A DNA stretch of 62,972 nucleotides, counting the filler, from Octopus bimaculoides (taxonomy: Eukaryota): assembly GCF_001194135.2 (NCBI RefSeq). It is 5 parts of 5 records of this genome, joined end to end, with 100 filler letters (N's around TTAATTAATTAA, not from the genome) between each part and the next. Parts side by side here need not be neighbours in the genome. Positions count along the whole stretch, not along the records: positions 50,225 to 57,849 come from NC_068989.1; positions 57,950 to 62,972 come from NC_069002.1; 3 more parts are not named here. One strand, 5' to 3'. A program made the translations under genes and the position numbers. The notes under the pieces were generated by a model, which made no database searches, had not been told where the DNA came from, and saw only the letters and a list, made by a program, of their open reading frames with translations. Numbering within the stretch: position 1 is the stretch's first letter; every line of letters begins with the position of its first letter. Of the stretch, positions 55,041 through 62,972 are shown piece by piece.

Positions 55041-55902
55041 AAATGTCCGGAAGAAAGTGACAGAAAGGATTAAATGGGAAAAAGGAAGGAGAATGAAAAA
55101 AAAACGAGAAAGAAAAGAAATGTGTATGTATGTGTGTGTGTCTATATATATGTAGTCATCGAAGAGGTCACAGGATGTGTGAGGGAAGATTTCCAGACAA
55201 ATGATATGAAGAACAATAATAAAATAAATCTGAAATGGAGAACGAATATATAGTGTGTGTGTGTTTATTTGGCAAAAAATAAAAGAAAAAAAAATGACTG
55301 TTTCAACACATGATTTCAAGAGTCATGCACAACAAATTCACAAACATATTTGGGTGTGATATTTGATATGCCATGACCTTGCTTTGGTGACAGCTTTTAT
55401 CTATTTCCTATTGTTTTGCTAGATACGCCTGCAGTAGTCATGCTCCAGTTCTTTCAACCACACAGCTTGCTGTGTTGATCATTTGTTTCTCATACAGATT
55501 TGCAATAGCCCTCAACTTGTTTTTTTGTTTTTTTTTGTGGGGATGTCTTTCACAGAGATTTTTACCTTTTACATTGAAGTTGCAGTGAACTGGTTTGGGG
55601 GTCTCTGGTAAATAATCTATTAACCATTACGTTCTAGATTTTTATCTTAGTTTTTCAGCTGTAGCAGTGAGTTGTTGGTTCAGCTGATGCAGTCCAGAAT
55701 TCAATGTACGTATGTATGTCATTATTGAGTTTATTTCAAGATTTCTTGCCAATAGAGAAAGAACCGGTTTCTGACATAGATCCAAGGTTCCTTCATTGGA
55801 ATTTTAACATCAACAACAGGGTATGTATGTATGTATGTATGTATGCATGTATGTATGTATGTATGTATGTATGTATGTATGTATGTATGTATGTATGTAT
55901 GT

Positions 55903-56092
55903 GGAGGCGCGATGGCCCAGTGGTAAGGGCAGCGGACTCGCGGTCATAGGATCGCGGTTTCGATTCCCAGACCGGGCGTTGTGAGTGTTTATTGAGCGAA
56001 AACACATAAAAGCTCCAGAGAGGCTCCGGCAGGGGATGGTGACGAACCCTGCTGTACTCTTCCACGACAACTTTCTCTCACTCTTTCTTCCT
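55903..56092 (+). mobile_element. SINE family C 5' part, ending at a gap
   Basis: Nearly identical to the head of 37595-37982; repeated at 56287-56331. Confidence 0.9.
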
Positions 56093-56777
56093 NNNNNNNN
56101 NNTATTGAGTTTATTTCAAGATTTCTTGCCAATAGAGAAAGAACCGGTTTCTGACATAGATCCAAGGTTCCTTCATTGGAATTTTAACATCAACAACAGG
56201 GTATGTATGTATGTATGTATGTATGCATGTATGTATGTATGTATGTATGTATGTATGTATGTATGTATGTATGTATGTATGTATGTGGAGGCGCGATGGC
56301 CCAGTGGTAAGGGCAGCGGACTCGCGGTCATNNNNNNNNNNNNNNNNNNNNNNNNNNNNNNNNNNNNNNNNNNNNNNNNNNNNNNNNNNNNNNNNNNNNN
56401 NNNNNNNNNNNNNNNNNNNNNNNNNNNNNNNNNNNNNNNNNNNNNNNNNNNNNNNNNNNNNNNNNNNNNNNNNNNNNNNNNNNNNNNNNNNNNNNNNNNN
56501 NNNNNNNNNNNNNNNNNNNNNNNNNNNNNNNNNNNNNNNNNNNNNNNNNNNNNNNNNNNNNNNNNNNNNNNNNNNNNNNNNNNNNNNNNNNNNNNNNNNN
56601 NNNNNNNNNNNNNNNNNNNNNNNNNNNNNNNNNNNNNNNNNNNNNNNNNNNNNNNNNNNNNNNNNNNNNNNNNNNNNNNNNNNNNNNNNNNNNNNNNNNT
56701 GTAGTCTTCGAATTAGCTTTCTCCTTTCTGGTTTTGAGAAGCCTAATTTCTCAAGATTGGTATTCAGGCGGTGTTAC

Positions 56778-56808
<31 letters not shown>

Positions 56809-57464
56809 TGTATGTATGTATGTATGCATTATTATGTATGTGTGTATGTATGTACAAACAATATATGAGTATATGCATATATATGTACATGTATGTACAT
56901 ACCTTCATCTACATGTACATATAGATACATATCTGGGTACAAGACGTTGCAAAAAACATGGACAAAATGAGAAACAATGTATGTATGTATGTATGTATGT
57001 ATGTACAGATTCATGAATGAATGAACGAACGAATGACTGACTTGCACAGTTTCTGTAAAATAATTTCATTCATAAAGCTTTACTTGGTTCGAGGCTTTGT
57101 CAAAGTACCACACAGTGGAACTGAGCTTGAAAGCAGTTGATCCCTCCTAGAATACAAGTGCAGGTGTGTGCATGTGTTGTTCTGTAATAACCATAAATAT
57201 CTATGCGTGTGGATAAAGTTGCTGACGTGTACTTTTGATAACACTATCTGGAGCAAAGTATGTCACATAAAAACATGTTACATTCAACCAGTTTTATTTA
57301 TTTATTTTTTTTACAACAGTGATCACTAAGGTTGAATGATAGAATAATTTAATCTGTTGTATGAAACAGCATACCTTAGGACATGAAGAGTGTAAATAGT
57401 ACTTTCAGAGCCAACGATCACTAAAACTAATTAAAATTACTTTGATTGCCGTTTTATAGTATAA

Positions 57465-57849
57465 TAACAGTATAACCCGACCATGTCCGGGTAACTTATT
57501 ATGCCATCTACGATAAGTCTTTCTAGGTGAAAATCAACTAAAAAAGAAAGCCTTACAACGAAAAAACCCTTATGATGTAAATATGTTCATAATTCAAAAG
57601 ACGATGAAATTAATAGGGAAAGTCTGAAGGCTGTTTTGCGTAAAATTATTAAGTGTATGTAAATTTCATCCGTCTAATTGGCTATAGAAATGCTTGTGCA
57701 AAACATTTTGCGCTGCCCTGATTATACATAGCAGGGTAATCCCTTTTATCAGGAGCTAGGACGGCAATTTGTGATGAAGCAATTGCTGGTGATCTGTTGC
57801 TACACAGTTTTGCCAGAATTCTATCAGATTGGGCAGAAGATGTTGATGC
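57465..57849 (-). mobile_element. Possible Helitron 3' end
   Basis: Minus strand acccgg-acatggt-cgggt hairpin near a degenerate CTAGT-like end; weak peptide resemblance upstream. Confidence 0.25.
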
Positions 57850-57949
57850 NNNNNNNNNNNNNNNNNNNNNNNNNNNNNNNNNNNNNNNNNNNNTTAATTA
57901 ATTAANNNNNNNNNNNNNNNNNNNNNNNNNNNNNNNNNNNNNNNNNNNN
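57850..57949. other. Artificial scaffold linker N44-TTAATTAATTAA-N44 (also 26920-27019, 40509-40608, 50125-50224)
   Basis: Identical 100-bp structure four times; the 12-mer puts stops in all six frames. Confidence 0.95.
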
Positions 57950-58431
57950 TTTGCAAGCTCAGTTCAGTGCCATGTCGTGACTAGCAAAATAAAATGAATG
58001 ATAATCAATAAACCAAAAGATAATAATAATGGTCAACAAATATGAACAAGTAAACAAATAAATGTATTAAAGAAACTGGAATTTTTTTTTTTTTTTGTTT
58101 TAAAGATTTTATTCATTCTGTATAATGCAGAAAGAACATATCAATTAATAAAAGACAAAAAAACAGGAGTGAGTTAATCAGCTTCATTAGTTTACAATTC
58201 TTTCTCTTATAAGAAGCAGTGCTCTCAGAGCTGAATGATCTGTGATTCCATGGTACTTTATTCTGAAGCATTAGTATCGCCGTGCCTACGTGAAGTCATA
58301 ATATATATATTGTGTCTTGCCTTATTAATTAACACACTCACTGGTTCGATTCTCACTCATTTACTTTAATTATTTTTTCTAAAATTTGATATATTAAAAT
58401 GATGAAAGGAGAGAGGTGAATCGGTCCTTAC

Positions 58432-58590
58432 CTGATCTTGTAGACTGAGTGCAATTGCTAACTCCACCATAGTTTCATCATCAGCATCAGGAGGAATGTC
58501 TACAATTGGAGGGAAATTTGCCCCACTGCCACCTAGAAGAGCTTCTAAAGGAAGATTGTGGTCTGCAGGTTCTAATATCATTGGTTCATT
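58432..58590 (-). CDS. UBR4: UBR4 internal exon, 159 nt, with UIM-like helix
   Basis: tttaaag|AAT...GATCAG|gtaagg; phase 0/0; NEPMILEPADHNLPLEALLGGSGANFPPIVDIPPDADDETMVELAIALSLQDQ; DIPPDADDETMVELAIALSLQ matches the vertebrate UBR4 motif as I recall it. Confidence 0.93.
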
Positions 58591-59167
58591 CTTTAAAGAG
58601 AAAGAAACATGCATTTATCTATGTGTGTGATGATTGTTCATGGGAATAAGAACTGTCAAGGTGAAAGAAATTAATAATCCTCCAAGAATATAAACTTAGG
58701 CACTTAGACGACGATGACGATGATGATTTTTAATGTCTAATTTTCTATGCAGGCATGGATCAAATGAGACTTTGTTGTGGTGGTGGTGGTAATTCTTTCT
58801 ATGGCTGGACGATCTTCCTAATACCAACTCTAACCTGTTTCCATGCAAAGTAATGATTTGCCCAGTCTATCAAACAACAAACAGGCCAGACATACTTTTA
58901 GGGAAGAATGCAAACAAATGACATCACATGCAGGAACAGAGATGCTTTGTTTACAATCAGCATGAAGATGACAAGGGAAATATACACTCAATCACACAAA
59001 CGCAAGACAAGTTTCTTCTAATTTCCACTCAAGGTAGTGGTTACACCACAGCCATTGTAAAGATGTAGTTCCAAAGTGAACTCTTTAACCATATGACCAT
59101 GCTTTCACCTGTGTGTGTGTGTGTGTGTGTATGTGTGTACAACCAGTACACTTTAGTTGTGAGAGGT

Positions 59168-59470
59168 ATATCATCATCATCATCTAACCTCTGTTTTCCA
59201 TGCTGGAATGGGTTGGGCAGTTTGATCAGAGCTGATACAAGGTCAGGGGCCGCACAAGGCTCCATTGTCTGTTCTGGCACGGTTTCTATAGCTAGATGCC
59301 CTTCCTAAGGCCAATCATTCCATAGAGTGTACAGAGTGTACTAAGTGCTTTTTATGTAGCACCGGCACCGATATCAGTATCGATTCTGCTGTGGCAGACA
59401 GATCTTCTTGAGTTCAACAATGCCTCAGATATCTCGGTCCTTAGTTATCTCCTTCATAAGGCTCAGTGTC
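59168..59470 (-). mobile_element. RTE-tail short element in UBR4 intron
   Basis: + strand catcatcatc..ttttccatgctgg.atgggttgg...ggtttcta..gctagatgcccttccta.ggcca pattern. Confidence 0.6.
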
Positions 59471-59479
59471 TTGAGATCA

Positions 59480-59513
<34 letters not shown>

Positions 59514-59699
59514 TACTGTTACATGTTTTATGTTTTTTAATTAGAATTCAGAGCTCAGAATGGAGGATAACAAGTAATAGAGAAACAGGTGGTGGTAGTG
59601 TGAGGAAGGGGGCAGAGATGGAGGAGATGAGATGTATTTAGGAGGGTTACATTAATGGGGTAAGTGACCTTTTGAAACTGACCCCTATATCTTAAATGA

Positions 59700-59917
59700 T
59701 GGGTTCAAATTTTGGCACAAGGCCAATGAATATAGGAAGAGGGTTAACTTAGTTATGTCAACCCCAGCGCTCAACTGGCACTTTGTTTTATCGACCACGA
59801 AAGGCTGAACGGCAAAATTCAACCTCGGCAGAATCTGAAATCAGAATGGAAAGAACTGGAAGAAACACTAAGAATTTTTGTCCGACATGCAAATGATTCT
59901 GCTAACTCACTGCCTTA
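59700..59917 (-). mobile_element. SINE family A copy in UBR4 intron, CpG-decayed
   Basis: Family A tail, core and head with many CpG to TpG/CpA changes. Confidence 0.8.
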
Positions 59918-60090
59918 TATATTTTAAAGAACAAACATTAATTTGTCTTTAATGCTCAAAATTAGCTGTTGCTTGACACATGTACAGGATTAAATTCTAA
60001 TGAAGTGACAGAATTGACTGGCAGAGGGTTACACTATTACAAAGTTCCTACAACTTGATCGCATTCTTTTAGAAAAGGTAAACCATTTAC

Positions 60091-60227
60091 CTGTTCAGCA
60101 TAATTTCCAATCAAATCTTGGTCTTGTTCTAGAACTTCTGGTTCTGGCTTATTTTCATGTTGCACATGGCTTTTGGGTACTTTGCTCTGGTGTTCGTAGT
60201 CATCATCATCATCAGCTGTAGCTCCTC
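60091..60227 (-). CDS. UBR4: UBR4 internal exon, 137 nt (acidic linker)
   Basis: atatcag|GA GGA GCT...GAA CAG|gtaaat; phase 1 in (matches previous exon), phase 0 out; (R)GATADDDDDYEHQSKVPKSHVQHENKPEPEVLEQDQDLIGNYAEQ; acidic DDDDD run at the position of the vertebrate acidic linker. Confidence 0.8.
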
Positions 60228-60499
60228 CTGATATATTTTGAGACAAATAAACTAATTGATACAAATGTGGACCAAAGTAAACAGTTGTTATCAGGGTCTT
60301 TTTTTTTTCTTTTGTTGAAAGCTAAGTCTAAAGTGGATTCCCTATCCCCCACCCCACATCATTACCTACGCATGCAGTTGGTCAAAGTTTAGGCCTGCAG
60401 CTTGATGAAGCTAGCTCTGACAAGGCACAATATGTGGTTTCTTGAATTTAAAAGAGGAAATTCGACCCTTTAGCTCACCACCTTAAATACCAGATTAAT

Positions 60500-60695
60500 A
60501 ATGGTTCCAAATTTTGGCACAAGGTCAGCAATTTCGGGGGGGGGGTAATTCGGTTAGGTCAACCCCCAGTGCTCAACTGGTACTTATTTTATTGATCCCA
60601 AAAGAATGAAAGGCAAAGTTGACCGTAGCAGAATTTGAACCCAGAACATAAAGACAGGTGAAGTGCTGCTAAGCATTCTGTGCAGCATGCACAAT
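60500..60695 (-). mobile_element. SINE family A copy in UBR4 intron, CpG-decayed
   Basis: attgatccc, gttgacc, aacata, gctgcta, cagcatgc in place of atcgacccc, gtcgacc, aacgta, gccgcta, cggcgtgc. Confidence 0.8.
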
Positions 60696-60705
60696 ATTAG
60701 ATTAA

Positions 60706-60925
60706 CCCTTTCATTACCAACCCGGCTGAAACCGGCTGAAACTGGCTCTGAGTACAAATGTCTTGTTTTCATAACTTTCAAATTAAAATCTTCCAAACCT
60801 TAGTCACACTTTATATTCCTAACACTAGCTTAATGATAACTATTTTTTGTTATAACAATTCTTTATTATATTCAAAGTAATTGAAAGAAACAGAGCATCT
60901 CAAAATAAATACAGTAACGAAAGGG
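60706..60925. mobile_element. Non-autonomous piggyBac-like MITE, 220 bp
   Basis: TTAA|CCCTTTCATTAC ... GTAACGAAAGGG|TTAA; 12-bp TIRs (11/12), TTAA duplication. Confidence 0.8.
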
Positions 60926-61246
60926 TTAATAATGACAGTTATTACATTAAATACTTCATCATTTTCAAAATTAGTAGAGTATTTCACTTGAAATATGTTT
61001 CTTAACCACACAGCCATTTCTGTGCCTTGTAGAAGTTTAAGGTTGTAGCAAGGTTTCATAGCTGTCTATGGTTTACTGCGGGTTTGAGTATAGTACATGT
61101 TGCATGGAATCTAAACTAAAACATTTTAAGGATTTTTTTACACTTTTCCTTTAACTTGTATGAGATTTTTATTCCTTTAAGGAAAGAAATCATTAAATGA
61201 GTTTGATAATTAAAAAAAGAAAAATTATAAAATTTAAGGGGATTAC

Positions 61247-61364
61247 TTTTTCCAGGAGAAGTACATCTTGGTGGTGAGGGAATAAAGACTCGTCTTTGCC
61301 GTCTATGCCGGGGGCGAAGAACTTTCAGTAATGCCTGTTTGCAGGCAAAACTCACACAAGGATC
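61247..61364 (-). CDS. UBR4: UBR4 (p600, E3/E4 ubiquitin ligase) internal exon, 118 nt
   Basis: Minus strand ttgcag|GAT...AAAA|gtaatc; encodes DPCVSFACKQALLKVLRPRHRRQRRVFIPSPPRCTSPGK, resembling the vertebrate UBR4 segment I recall as CKQALIRVLRPRNKRR..LPSSPR. Phase 0 in, phase 1 out. Confidence 0.9.
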
Positions 61365-61384
61365 CTGCAATACAAAATAATAAT

Positions 61385-62295
61385 AATAATAATAATGATG
61401 ATTCTAATTTTGAGACAAGGACAACGATTTTGAGGGGAAGGGCAAGTGAATTACACCAAAAAAACCCAGTGCTTGATTGGACGAAAGGCAAAGTTAACCT
61501 TGGCAGGATTTGAACCCAGAATGTAAAGAGCAGGAAGAAATGTAGCCAAGCATTTTGTCCAACACACTAACGATTCTGCCAGCTCACTTTCTTATTAGTA
61601 ATGTAACAATAATAATAATCCTTTCTACAATAAGCACAAGGCCTGAGATTTTGAGGGAGGGGGCTAATCAATTACATTTACCCCACTGCTCAACTGGTAC
61701 TTATTTAATTGACCCTGAAAGGATGAGAGTTTAAGTTAACCTTAGTGGAATTTGATCTCAGAACAGAAAGAACTAGAAGAAATGCTGTTGAGCCTTTTGT
61801 TCTAATTTTGTGCTATTGATTCTGCCAGCTGGCTCTTATTAGTAATGTAACTCAATAATGGTTTCAAATTTTGGCACCAGGCCAGCAACTTTAGGGGTTG
61901 GGTAAACCAATTACATCAGCTCCAGTGTTCAACTGGTATTTATTTTATCAATTCTGAAAGGCAAAGTTGATTCTGGCAGAATTTGAACTAAGAATGTAAA
62001 AATGGATGAAATGCTGCTAAGCACTTTGTTTGGAGTGCTAACAATTTTGTCAGCTCCCCACCTTACTAACAACAATAATAATCCTTTCCATTATAGGCAC
62101 AAGGCCTGAAATTTTAGGGAGCAGAGCTAATTGATTACATTGACCCCAGTGATCAACTGGTACTATTTCATCAGCTTCAGAAGAATGAAAGGCAAAGTGA
62201 ATCTTGGTGAAATTTGAACCCAAGACAAAGCCAAATGGGATTCTGCTAAGCCTTCTGTGCAGCATATTAACAATTCTGCCAGCATGCTGCCTTAA
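61385..62295 (-). mobile_element. Four head-to-tail SINE family A copies
   Basis: Units at about 61385-61593, 61610-61840, 61855-62065, 62075-62295, each ending gattctgccagc-like on the + strand. Confidence 0.85.
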
Positions 62296-62683
62296 GAGTA
62301 ATAAATGAAATGCACATTAGTAATGCAACATAATCATGGTAACTTAATCCAGATATAATTTGGGATGTTGTTAAGCTCATTTGTTTTGTAAAACACCATA
62401 TTTTGAATTATCTTATCTACTATCAGGAGTCATAATATCTAATGTGCATGTATATAAATATATATATAGGTTTTGAGAGGTAATGGTGTCGAGAAGACCC
62501 AAAGGTGTCAGGTAATACTAAGTGCTATGGACAGGCTATAGTTAAGCTCCAGGTTCGATGATTATATGAATGAGGAGTCCAACGTAGGTCATATGAAATA
62601 TATATAAAATATATAATAAATTAACAGAATGAGATAAAAAAATCCAAGGCTATGAAAGATTTCAGAACATTTATAAAGAGAAG

Positions 62684-62731
62684 GTCTTACAGCTGTTTCC
62701 AGGATATTTTATATACCCCTTCATCAGAGAT
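62684..62731 (-). ncRNA. Minimal type I hammerhead ribozyme motif, inverted partner of 62864-62911
   Basis: Reverse complement reads ATCT-CTGATGA-A-GGGGTAT ATAAA ATATCCT-G-GAAA-CAGCTG-TA-AGAC; 3-bp stem I. Confidence 0.65.
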
Positions 62732-62863
62732 GGTGCAAGAAAATGCTTAAGCACTAGTTAGGAAAACAGAAGTGAGATACGTAAGGATATTTTCCTTCCT
62801 CCACTTCACTCTGTATGTCATATCTTCTCTATAATAACTAGTGCTTAACCATTTTCTCACACC

Positions 62864-62911
62864 GTCTCTGATGAAGGGATATATAAAATATCCTGGAAAC
62901 AGCTGTAAGAC
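62864..62911 (+). ncRNA. Minimal type I hammerhead ribozyme motif (Penelope-like element associated)
   Basis: GTCT-CTGATGA-A-GGGATAT ATAAA ATATCCT-G-GAAA-C AGCT G-T-A-AGAC: stem I GTCT/AGAC, intact CUGAUGA and GAAA, 7-bp stem II, palindromic stem III CAGCTG, GUA cleavage triplet; A.G apposition at the stem II base is non-canonical. Confidence 0.7.
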
Positions 62912-62972
62912 CTCTTTATAAATGTTCTGAAATCTTTCATAGCCTGTTAATTTTATATATATATATATATAT

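Larger units (their letters stand above)
62647..62945. repeat. Long imperfect inverted repeat, arms 62647-62760 and 62835-62945, 74-nt spacer
   Basis: Reverse complement of the right arm aligns to the left arm with a few substitutions and small indels (aggctatgaaagatttcagaacatttataaagag...aagcactagtta). Confidence 0.9.

Noticed and set aside
55580-55705. Two more in-phase mini-exons upstream of the 55741 candidate
   Set aside because: Implied introns of about 50 and 35 nt are implausibly short.
55723-56331. Apparent 225-bp tandem duplication (55723-55947 and 56103-56331)
   Set aside because: Copies differ only by one TATG unit and straddle a 10-N gap; most likely two haplotypes or overlapping contig ends.
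4603-56924. Long ORFs containing X runs
   Set aside because: They read through N gaps and dinucleotide repeats.

Overview
Repeat-saturated, gap-rich eukaryotic genomic DNA. The microsatellite load (AT, CA, TATG, GAT/CAT), the SINE families and the UBR4 sequence point to an octopod cephalopod (Octopus-like); this is inferred from family recognition, not a database hit. Nearly all ORFs in the supplied track are artefacts of microsatellites or N runs. The only host gene I can support is three in-phase internal exons of UBR4 on the minus strand (61364-61247, 60227-60091, 58590-58432). The rest is decayed LINEs (CR1/L2-like, RTE, R4/Dong-like, L1/Tx1-like), at least three tRNA-type SINE families, Tc1/mariner, piggyBac-like, hAT-like and Helentron-like remnants. 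Four artificial 100-bp scaffold linkers split the window into five pieces. Most interesting signals: (1) several minimal type I hammerhead-ribozyme motifs with palindromic stem III, of the kind known from Penelope-like retroelements, including an inverted pair probably inside a UBR4 intron and a family with a shared core variant; (2) a sharp difference in CpG decay between copies of one SINE inside and outside the UBR4 segment, suggesting gene-body methylation and that UBR4 does not continue across the 57850 join.
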